From Thermoproteota archaeon (lineage in GTDB: Archaea; Thermoproteota; Thermoprotei; Gearchaeales; Gearchaeaceae): a stretch of DNA of 64,000 nt. The translations under genes were made by a program, and so were the position numbers. Positions 29,361 through 40,074 of the stretch are shown piece after piece (position 1 is the first letter of the stretch; the number at the start of each line of letters is the position of its first letter). Below the pieces are notes generated by a model. The model did not search any database. It worked only from the letters and a program-made list of their open reading frames with translations, and was not told the DNA's origin. Location of the stretch: NCBI GenBank assembly GCA_032249235.1, contig JAVVGF010000003.1, forward strand, positions 1 through 64,000, given 5' to 3'.

Positions 29361-31250
29361 ATGAAAATAAACTATGCTGAATTAGGCTTAAAAGTCGGCT
29401 TAGAAGTTCATCAACAGCTTGAAACTCGCTATAAGTTATTTTGTTCATGCAAAAACATGCTTGAAGATGAAGTAATAGGTGAATTTTCAAGAAAGCTAAG
29501 ACCTACTAAAAGTGAGCTAGGCGAATATGATCCTGCTGCACTCATGGAATTTTCGCGTGATAGAACTTATGTTTATCAAATAACTCCTAATACTTCATGC
29601 TTAGTTGAACTAGATGAGGAGCCTCCTCATCCTATAAATCAAGAAGCGGTAGAGATCGCAATTGCATGTGCGTTATTAATGAATAGTAAAATAGTTGATG
29701 AAGTTCATGTAATGAGGAAAGAAGTGATAGATGGAAGTAATACAACAGGCTTTCAAAGGACAGCAATCGTAGCTCTTGGAGGATACATAATGGATGGCGA
29801 AGAAAAGATAGATATTCAAACGATAACGCTTGAAGAAGATTCATGTAGAAAAATCAAAGAAGATTCTAAGATGATCGTTTATAGATTAGATAGACAAGGT
29901 ATTCCTCTTATAGAAATAGCTACTGCTCCTCGAATTAAAGATCCAGAACAAGCAAGAAGAGTAGCATATAAAATAGGAATGCTCGTATATAGCACAGGGA
30001 AGGCAAGAAGAAGCTTAGGTACTATTAGACAAGATATAAATCTTTCAATTTCTAATGGGGCTAAGACCGAGATAAAAGGCATTCAAGAATTGAGCATGAT
30101 ACCTAAAGTTATAGAATATGAAGTAATGAGGCAACTAAAATTGCTTGAATTAAAAGACTTATTAATTTCAAAGAATGTTCCTAAGCCTGAAAAGAAAGTC
30201 TATGATATAACAGATTTATTCAAAAATACTCGTAGCAATTTAATAAGGAAGCATTTGGAAGCATGCGAAATAATCTTGGCATTACCTTTGAAGAAAATGA
30301 AAGGTTTGCTTAAATTTGAAGTTCAGCCGAATAGGAGATTTGCAAGTGAGCTGGCTGATTACGTAAAGGCTTGGACAAAACTTGAAGGTTTAATTCATAG
30401 TGATGAATTGCCTGCTTATGGTATTACTGATTTAGAGGTTAAATCAATATATGAACGTTTGAATCTAGCAGATGAAGATGCCTTCATAATGGTCATTGGT
30501 GAAAAAGAAGAATGTGATAAAGCTATCGATGTCATAATTGAAAGGATAAACGTAGCATTCGTTAAAGTACCAGAAGAAACGAGGAATGCAATGCCAGATG
30601 GAACAACAAGATTTGCAAGAATAAGACCTGGTTCTGCAAGGATGTACGTTGAAACAGACATTCCTCCTTTCGTTGTAACGAATAATTTAATAGAAAAGGT
30701 TAGATTTAATCTTCCTTTAAAAATAGAAGATAGAATTGCCGAACTTCAAAGCAAGTATAATTTAAGTTCTCAACTTGCTCAAGAATTAATTGATTCACAA
30801 TCTGAGCAATTATTCGAGAAAATAGTTTCGATAGGAATTAAACCAACTATAGCTGCAACTACTTTAACCCAAACTTTGAAATATTTAAAAAGATCTGGCT
30901 TGAATATTGAAAATTTAACAGAGAGACATTTTTGGGAAGCTTTCTTAGCAATGAAAGATGGTAAGATAGCTAAAGAATCGATAGAATTAATCTTCTCTGA
31001 GTGGATAAAATCCCCTTCAATGAGTCTTAATGAACTGATTGAAAAACTAGGTCTTAAATTGTTATCAGAAGAAGAACTTAAAAAAGCTATAGAGGTAGTG
31101 ATATCTGAAAATATCGATAAATTAAAAGAGAATAAAGATAGAATGTTTGAGTTTGCGATGAAAATCGTGATGAGCAAACTTAGAGGTAAAGCTGATTCAT
31201 CTAAAATAGCAGAAATCGTAAAAGAAAAGATAAAACAAATAGCAAGTTAA
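29361..31250 (+). CDS. gatE: Glu-tRNA(Gln) amidotransferase subunit E
   Basis: GLKVGLEVHQQL, DEEPPH, IDGSNTTGFQRT, GTIRQD, HSDELPAYGI, RPGSARMY.ETDIP. Confidence 0.96.
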   Translation: MKINYAELGLKVGLEVHQQLETRYKLFCSCKNMLEDEVIGEFSRKLRPTKSELGEYDPAALMEFSRDRTYVYQITPNTSCLVELDEEPPHPINQEAVEIAIACALLMNSKIVDEVHVMRKEVIDGSNTTGFQRTAIVALGGYIMDGEEKIDIQTITLEEDSCRKIKEDSKMIVYRLDRQGIPLIEIATAPRIKDPEQARRVAYKIGMLVYSTGKARRSLGTIRQDINLSISNGAKTEIKGIQELSMIPKVIEYEVMRQLKLLELKDLLISKNVPKPEKKVYDITDLFKNTRSNLIRKHLEACEIILALPLKKMKGLLKFEVQPNRRFASELADYVKAWTKLEGLIHSDELPAYGITDLEVKSIYERLNLADEDAFIMVIGEKEECDKAIDVIIERINVAFVKVPEETRNAMPDGTTRFARIRPGSARMYVETDIPPFVVTNNLIEKVRFNLPLKIEDRIAELQSKYNLSSQLAQELIDSQSEQLFEKIVSIGIKPTIAATTLTQTLKYLKRSGLNIENLTERHFWEAFLAMKDGKIAKESIELIFSEWIKSPSMSLNELIEKLGLKLLSEEELKKAIEVVISENIDKLKENKDRMFEFAMKIVMSKLRGKADSSKIAEIVKEKIKQIAS

Positions 31251-31275
31251 TTAGTTCGAATTGCTCAATAATATT

Positions 31276-31635
31276 ATGAGTATTTCAATAAAAATTAAAA
31301 GAGTATATGATAAATATGAAGAAAGCGACGGTTTCAGAATTCTTGTAGATCGCTTATGGCCTAGAGGATTGAAGAAAAAGGAAGCTAAAGTTGACTTATG
31401 GTTTAAAGAAATTGCACCTACTGATGAGCTGAGAAAATGGTTTGCGCACGATCCTTCAAAATGGGATGAATTCAAAAAGAAGTATGAAGAAGAAATAAAG
31501 AAAAATGAAAATTTAAATAAATTAATAAAAATAATAATTGAGAAAAAGAATGTGACATTATTATATTCAGCAAAGGATAGAGAGCATAACAATGCTGTGG
31601 TTTTAAAAAGCATATTAGAAGCGATTATAAAATAA
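31276..31635 (+). CDS. DUF488 family (YeaO-like) protein
   Basis: IKRVYD...[42 protein letters not shown]. Confidence 0.92.
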   Translation: MSISIKIKRVYDKYEESDGFRILVDRLWPRGLKKKEAKVDLWFKEIAPTDELRKWFAHDPSKWDEFKKKYEEEIKKNENLNKLIKIIIEKKNVTLLYSAKDREHNNAVVLKSILEAIIK

Positions 31636-31708
31636 TAATATATATTTTTATATAGGCTTATATAAATAAATACAAATACTTTTAAAGAGATTTTCTTACA
31701 TATTATTT

Positions 31709-32689
31709 ATGAAATCTGTAAAGATCTTTTTAATTTTCTTAATAGCTATGCTCTTATCTATTAATTTTACATATTTAAGCGCACATGTTGAAGAAGAACA
31801 ACTACACTATTCGCAGGTTTATACTTTCGATATAGGAAAAGGATATGTTTTAGCTATAATCCTAGAAAATTATCTTCCTCCAATTCTTCCTCCAAACAAT
31901 TCTGTTAATGCCACTTTTGCAGTTTATAATCATACATATTCTCCTGATTCTGAGCCTGTAATGCATGTGACATACAATGTAACTGTTTTAGATTCAAATA
32001 ATCAAATCCTTAATATTTTAGGAACGAATCAGCAAATTCACTCAATGAATGGACCTTTCTCATTGGTTGTGAGTTTTCCTGGCAAAGGAATTTATAATTT
32101 AAATATTGAAGTGGTTTCCATTGGCATGGCTTCAATGGGAGAATTAATTAAAGGTTTTTCAAAAGTAAGTCTTCCTTTATATATTGGCATTGAGCCGCCT
32201 AATACAAAAGTATTCATCGCTGAAGTAGGACATGGTTCAAGAATCCTCCTTGAAATATATCCTTATAATTCTCAAAATCCTTCTTTAAATACTACAATAC
32301 TTATTGCGCTATTCAACGGTACAGGAGAAGAAACTCATCTTGTTCACCATGTTACTTATTCAATTACCATTAAAGATTCTAGTGGAACAATAATTAGCAG
32401 CGTCACAAATGTTCATTATGACACGGGAGTTTACAAAGCTTTGTTTACTTTTCCTAAATATGGTAATTACACTGTTGAAATACAAGTAGTATCAGTAGGA
32501 CATCCTGATATAGGTGTAATAACGGGCTTTTCAAAAGCTACTTTTCTCGTAGATTTGTCATATAAGCCTGGCTCTAATAACCCGCAACAAGGAATTGATT
32601 ACTTTTTGCTATCTCTTATAATAATCGTAGTAATAGCTATCGTTGCAGTTTTTCTAGTAATTTGGAGGCGTTCATTCAAAAAAGCATGA
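31709..32689 (+). CDS. Secreted, C-terminally anchored protein with two internal His-containing repeats (possible Cu-binding)
   Basis: Signal peptide ending LSA|H; repeat motifs HVTY...H...FP..G.Y...I.VVS.G...I.GFSK twice; C-terminal TM followed by WRR. Confidence 0.75.
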   Translation: MKSVKIFLIFLIAMLLSINFTYLSAHVEEEQLHYSQVYTFDIGKGYVLAIILENYLPPILPPNNSVNATFAVYNHTYSPDSEPVMHVTYNVTVLDSNNQILNILGTNQQIHSMNGPFSLVVSFPGKGIYNLNIEVVSIGMASMGELIKGFSKVSLPLYIGIEPPNTKVFIAEVGHGSRILLEIYPYNSQNPSLNTTILIALFNGTGEETHLVHHVTYSITIKDSSGTIISSVTNVHYDTGVYKALFTFPKYGNYTVEIQVVSVGHPDIGVITGFSKATFLVDLSYKPGSNNPQQGIDYFLLSLIIIVVIAIVAVFLVIWRRSFKKA

Positions 32690-34156
32690 GCCAAATCTTT
32701 CTCTTAGTTCTAAACAAATCTCATCTAAACTCTGTTCTATAATATCTATTTTTTCTTTGATTTCTTTAACTTCATCGATTTTTCGCTTTATCTTTTCATA
32801 AATCCACCTTAAGTTTCCTCCATTATGTTCATAATCTAAGAATTTACCTGCTTCAATGCAACAAAATAATTCTATTGAAATGATTTTCCTCAAACTTTTA
32901 ATTGATCTCTTAAGTAAGCTAACAGCATTTCCTGACATGCTTACAAAGTCCTCTTGATCTGCACTTACTGGTATTGACATAACGCATGAAGGCGTAGCTA
33001 GCATTCTCAATTCATTGACGTAATATGCTGCAAGATATTGGCAAAGCATTAAGCCAGTTGTTCTATTATTAGAAAGGAAAGCAGGTAATCCCCTATTAAG
33101 ATTAGGATTTAAAAGCCGATTTATTCTTCTTTCTATCATACTAGCCCATGAAGCAATAGCTATTCTAAGCATATCTGCACAAAAAGCAAGCAGTTCAGCA
33201 TGAAAGTTGCCTGCATAAAGAATTCTTTTGTTTTCTAAATCAACAACAGGATTTCCAGAAAATGAATTCATTTCTCTTATCAAACAGTAATCAACGATAT
33301 CGATGACATGTCTTATTGCACCGTAAACTTGAGGTATGCAACGAATAGAATAAGCTTCTTGCAAGTTTTTTGAAGTGTTTATTAGTTTGCTTTCTTTTAG
33401 CAAATTAGATATGTACTCGCCTACAATGATTTGATCATGGTGTTTCTTTACGTTTAGCGCATTTGTTTCTAAATGTACTGTATTAGATCTCAATACTTCT
33501 GTAGCTAGCGCTGCAATTGCACATGAGAGATCGAAAAGCTTCATCAATTCAACATTGCAATAAGCTAGAGCTGCACATGTATATGCAGTTGAATTTATTA
33601 AAGCTATTGCATCTCCAACTTTAAGTTCTGGTTCGCCTATTATTTTGAATACTTCCTTTGAACTAACAACCTTATCTTTTAATTCTACCTTTCCTTCAAT
33701 TAATGATAAAACGAGATTAGCTAATGGAATCAGATCACCGCTTGCACCTAAACTTCCTTCATAATGAAATATAGGGTAAGCGCCTGTATTGAAAAAATTT
33801 ACTAAAAAATTGAAAGTTTCTAAAGAAATGGTACTTCTGCCTGTAGCGAGTTGATTGATAAGTATTAGCAAAGTTGCTCTTGCAATTTCTTTTTCTTCAA
33901 CTTCTCCTTTGCTTACTGCATGATCCTTGATTAGTTCTAATTCGTTTTCTTCTCTTTTTTCATGTAATAATGCTCCTACTTTAGTATTGACACCGTAAAT
34001 CAATTCACCTTTATTTAGTTTCTCTTCAACAATTTCTCTGCTATGTTTTATTTTGCGCAAAGCCTCTTCAGCTATTTCAATTTTTAAATTGTTCTTTATA
34101 CAGCGATGCAATTTCAAAGGAGTAAGATCACTACCAGTAACCTTTATGCTTTCCAT
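32672..34156 (-). CDS. hutH: Aromatic amino acid ammonia-lyase (histidine ammonia-lyase-like)
   Basis: MIO-forming GSLGASGDL, YGVNT, YSIRCIPQ, GNFH, QEDFVSM. Confidence 0.8.
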   Translation of the reverse strand: MESIKVTGSDLTPLKLHRCIKNNLKIEIAEEALRKIKHSREIVEEKLNKGELIYGVNTKVGALLHEKREENELELIKDHAVSKGEVEEKEIARATLLILINQLATGRSTISLETFNFLVNFFNTGAYPIFHYEGSLGASGDLIPLANLVLSLIEGKVELKDKVVSSKEVFKIIGEPELKVGDAIALINSTAYTCAALAYCNVELMKLFDLSCAIAALATEVLRSNTVHLETNALNVKKHHDQIIVGEYISNLLKESKLINTSKNLQEAYSIRCIPQVYGAIRHVIDIVDYCLIREMNSFSGNPVVDLENKRILYAGNFHAELLAFCADMLRIAIASWASMIERRINRLLNPNLNRGLPAFLSNNRTTGLMLCQYLAAYYVNELRMLATPSCVMSIPVSADQEDFVSMSGNAVSLLKRSIKSLRKIISIELFCCIEAGKFLDYEHNGGNLRWIYEKIKRKIDEVKEIKEKIDIIEQSLDEICLELRERFGSCFFE

Positions 34157-34194
34157 ATAAAAAAGAGAAATTAGAGCTTAATAACTTGAGAACT

Positions 34195-35553
34195 TTATCT
34201 TAAGAAGTACTTTTCTTGTTCTTTAATGTATTCCACGCTTTCTTTAGTACTTATGAACAATTTTTTAATGTATTCCACGTCTTCTCTTTCTACCCTGCTT
34301 CTTCCCATTTCTCTAGCTCTTATTAATGCAGGTGAAAGTAATTGAACCGCATATCTTAAGCTATACTCAACTCCTATTTTAGTAAGAGTTTCCAAAGCCT
34401 CTTCACTTAAATCAACTTTTTCTTCTCTTGCCCTTATCTTGATTATTTCTTTTATTTCTTGTTCATTATAAAATCTCGTCTTTATTATTATCAGCCTATC
34501 GAGCATATCTAGAGGTATTCCATGTGGAGATTCGATATCTGTTCCTCTTATTTTTGTGAATCCACGATTTGTTGCGAAGATCATAATTGGAGTTAGTTCG
34601 CTTTCCATTGCTCTAATCAAGAATGCCCATGTTTCGATATCTAACATATGTGCATCATCAATGAATATGACGCCTGGAATTAGTTCACCTTTTCCTTCAT
34701 TAACTGTTTTAGTTATGAATTCATCGACTGCTTTTCTGACCTCGATTGGTATTTCTTTTTCTTCACCAGCAGTTCCGAACATCAACATGCTTATTAAACC
34801 TTGTTGTCTTGCATTTATTACATCAAGATCATGACATGTAAAATATCTTGTAATTTCCTTATCCTTATATACAGGTCCGCTAGGAACTTCAAGTTTCTTC
34901 CTAACATATATATCATAAGTTTCGCCTCCTTCTTCTTCAGTTTTACCTTGAACAAATACACGTCCTGTTTCTTCATCAATCCATATTACATCGCCTACTT
35001 CAACGTTGCTTTCAGCTAATTGTTGAGCAATTTCCTGTGGAACACGTAAAGTCTTTTCTTCTTGTTTAGTTCTTAAAGTAATTGTAGCTGCTACAGGAAT
35101 TTGAGCATAAGGATTGTATGGATGCCTTCCGAATCTATAATCTATTTTTCTAACAACGCCTTCATATACCTTCCTAACTTCTTTTATTCTAACTCCTACT
35201 CCTCTTCTTAATGCTCTTGTTAAGAATTCAGTTTTCTTAATCTCTAAGCTGAATATCTCTGCCGCAGATAAATGAACAAATGGTGTATCGTAACCTAATT
35301 CTCTAGCTATACCTATTGCTAGAGCTGTTTTACCTGTGCCAGAAGGACCAACAAATAAAACTCCCTTTCCTCCAAATCTTCCTTCTTTTATAAGCCTTGT
35401 TACATAATATGCTGCCTCTCTTGCTTCTACTTGTCCAACAAATCCATCTGCTGCAAACTGAACTTTACCATCTCTAACTCCTAAACCTTTAATGTGACTA
35501 TGCAATGAAACTCTCTCGAATCTAGGCTTAACCTCTTCAATTTTAAAACTCAT
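34195..35553 (-). CDS. TIP49/RuvB-like AAA+ helicase (TBP-interacting protein)
   Basis: HSHIKGLG, FVGQVEAREAA, GPSGTGKTALA, PGVIFIDDAHMLD, SPHGIPLDMLDRL. Confidence 0.95.
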   Translation of the reverse strand: MSFKIEEVKPRFERVSLHSHIKGLGVRDGKVQFAADGFVGQVEAREAAYYVTRLIKEGRFGGKGVLFVGPSGTGKTALAIGIARELGYDTPFVHLSAAEIFSLEIKKTEFLTRALRRGVGVRIKEVRKVYEGVVRKIDYRFGRHPYNPYAQIPVAATITLRTKQEEKTLRVPQEIAQQLAESNVEVGDVIWIDEETGRVFVQGKTEEEGGETYDIYVRKKLEVPSGPVYKDKEITRYFTCHDLDVINARQQGLISMLMFGTAGEEKEIPIEVRKAVDEFITKTVNEGKGELIPGVIFIDDAHMLDIETWAFLIRAMESELTPIMIFATNRGFTKIRGTDIESPHGIPLDMLDRLIIIKTRFYNEQEIKEIIKIRAREEKVDLSEEALETLTKIGVEYSLRYAVQLLSPALIRAREMGRSRVEREDVEYIKKLFISTKESVEYIKEQEKYFLR

Positions 35554-35636
35554 AAATTATTTAATTGATTGAGTAGATTATAAAAATTTTATCGATATCT
35601 ACATCCTTTTATATTAATTCCTAGATTCGAATAATT

Positions 35637-36722
35637 GTGGAAAAATCTGCGACAATTGATTTACCACTTCATGATGGTCATGCTCCTAAATGGTTAGTTG
35701 AGATGATGAAAGATTTAGCATATGAAATAAGCTACATTATAATTAATGAATACGGAACCGAGGAATTCTTGCTTAGAATTTCAGATCCTTTGTGGTTTCA
35801 GTCACTAGGTTGTGTTTTAGGCTATGATTGGCATTCATCAGGTGTTACAACAGTTGTTACAGGTGTTTTGAAAACTGTTTTGAATAATGAAGATTTGGGA
35901 ATAATCGTTGCAGGAGGCAAAGGGGCAGTTTCGAAAAAAGCTCCAGATGAAATATTAGAATATTCCAAGAAGATAAATCTCGATAATCCTGAAAGATATG
36001 TTAAAATAAGTAAAATTGTAGCAAAGGTAGATAATACTTTGATTCAATCAGGCCATAATCTTTATCATCATACAATTTTCATCGATGAAAAAGGTAATTG
36101 GGCTGTAATACAACAAGGTATGAATGTAGAAGAATTGAAGGCAAGAAGATATCATTGGTTATCGAAGGATTTGAAAAGTTTTGTTAACGAACCCCATAAA
36201 GCAATCATAGGAGAACCTGTAAAGCAAAAGGTTTTGAATATGGTTGCTAAAGAAAGTGAAGAGTGCAGGAAAGTTTGTTTAGATATCGTCAATGAAAATC
36301 CTATTAAGCTAAAAAGGATGATTAAAGAAAGCATGCGCGGGCCTTTAGACAGATGGATTTTAGGCGAAGAAATAAAGCATTACGAAATGCCTTGGGATAT
36401 AAATTGGAAGATGATGGAGAAATTATATGAATTTAAGCCAAAGAAATTTGAAGAATTGATCGAATTACAAGGTGTGGGGCCTAGGACGATAAGAGCACTT
36501 GCTCTTGTATCTGAAATAATTTTTGGTACTCCTGCAAGTTGGAGAGATCCTGTAAAATTTAGCTTTGCACATGGAGGAAAAGATGGAGTTCCTTATCCTG
36601 TTGATAAAAAAGTTTATAGGCAAACTATTGAAATATTCAAAGATGCAATTATTAGATCTAAATTGAATAAAGATTCAAAGATGCTAGCTTTAAAAAGATT
36701 ATCTAAAATTGATATATTTTAG
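35637..36722 (+). CDS. DUF763 family protein
   Basis: LPLHDGHAPKWL, SDPLWFQSLGCVLGYDWHSSG, QQGMN, FSFAHGGKDGVPYPVD. Confidence 0.93.
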   Translation: MEKSATIDLPLHDGHAPKWLVEMMKDLAYEISYIIINEYGTEEFLLRISDPLWFQSLGCVLGYDWHSSGVTTVVTGVLKTVLNNEDLGIIVAGGKGAVSKKAPDEILEYSKKINLDNPERYVKISKIVAKVDNTLIQSGHNLYHHTIFIDEKGNWAVIQQGMNVEELKARRYHWLSKDLKSFVNEPHKAIIGEPVKQKVLNMVAKESEECRKVCLDIVNENPIKLKRMIKESMRGPLDRWILGEEIKHYEMPWDINWKMMEKLYEFKPKKFEELIELQGVGPRTIRALALVSEIIFGTPASWRDPVKFSFAHGGKDGVPYPVDKKVYRQTIEIFKDAIIRSKLNKDSKMLALKRLSKIDIF

Positions 36723-36786
36723 TTATATAGATAGCCTAATAAATTAATATGATTGCAAATATATATTAAGTATTTTAAATATACAT

Positions 36787-37995
36787 ATGTTTCCCTATAC
36801 CAGTTCATTGGATTTCAAAATAGAAATACCTGAAGAGGTTGAAGCATTCAGAAATACAATAAAAGAATTTGCAGAAAAGTATCTCGCTCCGATCGTTAAC
36901 AAAGTTGAAGAAACAAATGAGATAGATGAGGAAGTATTTCGAAAAGCAGTTGAATTGGGTTTAACTGGAGTAGCTATTCCTGAAGAATATGGAGGGCAAG
37001 GAGGAGGTTCATTAATGATAGCAGTAATGATCGAAGAAATTTCAAAATATTTGCCTGCCTTTGCAACTGCTATTGCTGTCAATCATTTATTCGCTTATCC
37101 TATACTTGCTTTTGGAAGTGAACAACAAAAAAGAAAATATATACCTAAAATAGCTAAAGGAGAAGCTTTTGCTGCTCATGCTAATACAGAACCTGGAGCA
37201 GGTAGCGATGTTGCTGGAATACAAACAACAGCAAGAAAAGAAGGAGATAAATGGATAATAAATGGAAGGAAAATGTTCATAACAGGCGCAAATAGAGCAG
37301 ATTATCTAGTTGTTTCAGCTAGAACCAGTCCGCCTCCTTCTAGAAAAGAAAGATGGAAAGGAATATCCTTATTTATAGTTGAGAAAGGAATGCCAGGATT
37401 GAAAATATCATCAAGAATAAACACGATGGGTCTTAGAGGAGAACAACCATATGAAGTAATATTAGATAATGTAGAAGTACCTGCAGAGAACATTGTAGGT
37501 GAAGAGGGTAATGCTTTCAAGGCTATAGTTTCTACATATGATCATGGAAGAATAGGAATTGCTGCACAAGCCGTTGGAATCATTCAAGGTCTTTTAGAAA
37601 GATCGCTAGATTATTCTGCAATGAGAAATGCTTTTGAAAGGCCAATTTTAAGCTTTGAAGCGGTAGCTTTTAAAATTGCAGACATATTAATAAGTTTAGA
37701 AGCTGCCAGGCTGTTGACATATTGGGCTGCAACTTTAATGGATAAAGGTAGCAAAGATGCTATATTAGCTGCTTCAATTGCAAAGACATTCGCTACAGAA
37801 GCTGCAGAAAAGGCTTCAATTTATGCAATAAAAATACATGGCGGTTATGGTGTTGTAAGAGAAACTGGAATAGAACGTTTTCTAAGAGATACGATAATTA
37901 CAGAAATATATGAAGGTACTAATGATATTCAAAGATTAACAATTATAAGAAGTCTAGTTAAGAAGAGATTCGGTATTAGTCCTGATCTTACATGA
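36787..37995 (+). CDS. Acyl-CoA dehydrogenase
   Basis: IPEEYGG, TEPGAGSDV, NGRKMFIT, GRIGIAAQAVG, IHGGYG, IYEGTNDIQR. Confidence 0.94.
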   Translation: MFPYTSSLDFKIEIPEEVEAFRNTIKEFAEKYLAPIVNKVEETNEIDEEVFRKAVELGLTGVAIPEEYGGQGGGSLMIAVMIEEISKYLPAFATAIAVNHLFAYPILAFGSEQQKRKYIPKIAKGEAFAAHANTEPGAGSDVAGIQTTARKEGDKWIINGRKMFITGANRADYLVVSARTSPPPSRKERWKGISLFIVEKGMPGLKISSRINTMGLRGEQPYEVILDNVEVPAENIVGEEGNAFKAIVSTYDHGRIGIAAQAVGIIQGLLERSLDYSAMRNAFERPILSFEAVAFKIADILISLEAARLLTYWAATLMDKGSKDAILAASIAKTFATEAAEKASIYAIKIHGGYGVVRETGIERFLRDTIITEIYEGTNDIQRLTIIRSLVKKRFGISPDLT

Positions 37996-38684
37996 ATAAA
38001 ATATGGCTTATAATTTTAATTCCTATTTTTTCTTTATTAATAGTTAGTTTAATATACAATTTAGATCTGCTCTCTTCATCTACTACAAATATAACTATAA
38101 TACCTAAAAACACCACTACAAGTAATGTTCCAACAAATACCTCGCCTATTACGTTTTCGAATATAACTTTCACAAATACATCAACTAAACAACCTAATAA
38201 ATCAATTTTTAATATAAAAATAAATTTTGGGATATTGAGCGACTTATTGTATATTGCGATAATTAGTCTTGCATTTTTTGCATTATTTGTTTTATTCTAT
38301 TCCTCTTCAGGAAAACCTACTTTTAGATTTAAGATGACCAAGACTTATGAAGAACCTTCCATTGAATCTTTTAAGAAAATATTTCAAGAAGAATTAATTA
38401 AATTTGAATCGAGCTATAAGACTTATTCAAATCCTATTTTGGAGCTTTATAAAAGAATATGCGAGTTTCTTGAAAAAAGAGGCGTTGAAAATGCACCGCA
38501 TCTTACTGCAAGGGAATTTGCTGAAGAAGTTACCAAAATATTAGGCTTTGAATCAAGAAACTTTTATGAACTGACTAAGCTTTTTGAAGAAGCTAGATAT
38601 AGCTCACATAAAATAAGTGAGGAAGAAGTCGAATTTGCAAGAAAACTCATTAAAGAAATTATTAATGAAATAGAAAGTAGATGA
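37992..38684 (+). CDS. DUF4129-domain membrane protein
   Basis: Two TMs, Thr/Asn-rich linker, HLTAREF...LTKLFEEARYS. Confidence 0.85.
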   Translation: MNKIWLIILIPIFSLLIVSLIYNLDLLSSSTTNITIIPKNTTTSNVPTNTSPITFSNITFTNTSTKQPNKSIFNIKINFGILSDLLYIAIISLAFFALFVLFYSSSGKPTFRFKMTKTYEEPSIESFKKIFQEELIKFESSYKTYSNPILELYKRICEFLEKRGVENAPHLTAREFAEEVTKILGFESRNFYELTKLFEEARYSSHKISEEEVEFARKLIKEIINEIESR

Positions 38685-39142
38685 GAGCAAATATTTTATT
38701 GATTCTTTTAATATCAATATCTATTCCTTTATTTTTATCTATTATTTTATATCCTAATTTAATCTATTATTATGTAATTTTTCCTTTAATTTTTATACCT
38801 TTTTCTTTAATATCTTATGAAATAATAAATAAAACAAAATTCAAAGAAATCTATCTAAAACGCTATGTTAAATACAGTTACGAGAATCCATATAAAAGGA
38901 AAAGAGAATTGATAGAAAATGCGTTGAAAGGTTCAAACATTGCGAGAATAACAGTAGGAGAAATCATAAAAGAAGCTCTTGAAAGAAAATATGGATCAAG
39001 GTTATATTTAGATAATGCGAAAAAATTCATCAACGATGAAGACGTCATCGCTGTCATTTTCTATCAAGAATATGAAAACTATTTTAAAGACCTTGATAAA
39101 TATAGAAATGCACTTAGTAAAGCAGTTGAGTTAGCATGGTAA
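38681..39142 (+). CDS. Hypothetical membrane protein of the MoxR operon
   Basis: Two N-terminal TMs; overlaps both neighbours. Confidence 0.72.
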   Translation: MRANILLILLISISIPLFLSIILYPNLIYYYVIFPLIFIPFSLISYEIINKTKFKEIYLKRYVKYSYENPYKRKRELIENALKGSNIARITVGEIIKEALERKYGSRLYLDNAKKFINDEDVIAVIFYQEYENYFKDLDKYRNALSKAVELAW

Positions 39143-40074
39143 ATAACGAAAAGGTAATGCAGGTAATTGAAGAGGTATCGAAAGCAATCGTAGGAAAAAG
39201 AGAAGTACTTGAATTAGTAATGTTAGCAATATTATGCGATTCGCATGTTCTAATAGAGGATTATCCCGGCCTGGCTAAAACGTTGATGGCTAAGTCTTTT
39301 GCTAAAGCTTTAGGTCTTGAATTTAAGAGGATACAATTCACTTCAGATCTGTTACCTTCGGATATAACAGGTTCTTATGTCCTAAATAGAGAGACTTCAA
39401 AATTTGAATTTAGGAAAGGACCAATATTTACAAATATTCTTTTAGCTGATGAGATAAACAGAGCACCGCCAAGAACGCAATCTGCATTGCTTGAAGCAAT
39501 GCAAGAAAGACAGGTTTCTGTTGAAGGTAATACTTTCATTCTTGATAGACCATTTATTGTATTGGCTACACAAAATCCTATAGAATATGAAGGTACATAT
39601 CCGTTACCTGAAGCACAACTTGATAGATTTATAATGAAAATAAACATAGGATATCCTCGATTTGAAGAAGAAGTAGAGATATTAAATCGTAGAATAAAAA
39701 GAATGAAGGATGAGGTAGATATAGAGACTGTCCTCAATCCAAAGGAGGTTCTAAATCTTCAAAATGAAGTTGAAAAAATCTATATTGAAGATGACTTAAA
39801 AAATTATATTGTTAAAATAGTTAGTGCAACAAGAAATGCTCCAGAAGTAGAAGTAGGCGCAAGTGTTCGTGGATCTTTAGCAATTCTAAAGCTTGCAAGA
39901 GCTAGAGCATTTTTAGAAGGTAGAGATTTCGTGATACCTGATGATATAAAAAGGGTAGCTATTCCAGCTCTTCGCCATAGACTAATATTGAGAACAGAAT
40001 ATTGGCTACGCGGTGTTAAGCCAGATTCCATCATTGAAAGAATTCTAAATCAAATTCCAGTCCCTAAGGTTTAA
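39136..40074 (+). CDS. moxR: MoxR-family AAA+ ATPase (MoxR proper)
   Basis: EDYPGLAKT, RIQFTSDLLPSDITG, ADEINRAPPRTQSALLEAMQE, ATQNPIEYEGTYPLPEAQLDRF. Confidence 0.95.
   Translation: MVNNEKVMQVIEEVSKAIVGKREVLELVMLAILCDSHVLIEDYPGLAKTLMAKSFAKALGLEFKRIQFTSDLLPSDITGSYVLNRETSKFEFRKGPIFTNILLADEINRAPPRTQSALLEAMQERQVSVEGNTFILDRPFIVLATQNPIEYEGTYPLPEAQLDRFIMKINIGYPRFEEEVEILNRRIKRMKDEVDIETVLNPKEVLNLQNEVEKIYIEDDLKNYIVKIVSATRNAPEVEVGASVRGSLAILKLARARAFLEGRDFVIPDDIKRVAIPALRHRLILRTEYWLRGVKPDSIIERILNQIPVPKV

Noticed and set aside
31251-31613. 120-aa minus-strand ORF
   Set aside because: Antisense shadow of the well-conserved DUF488 gene. The same applies to the other short antisense ORFs in the track (e.g. 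26529-26867, 30779-31177, 54871-55320, 56891-57346).
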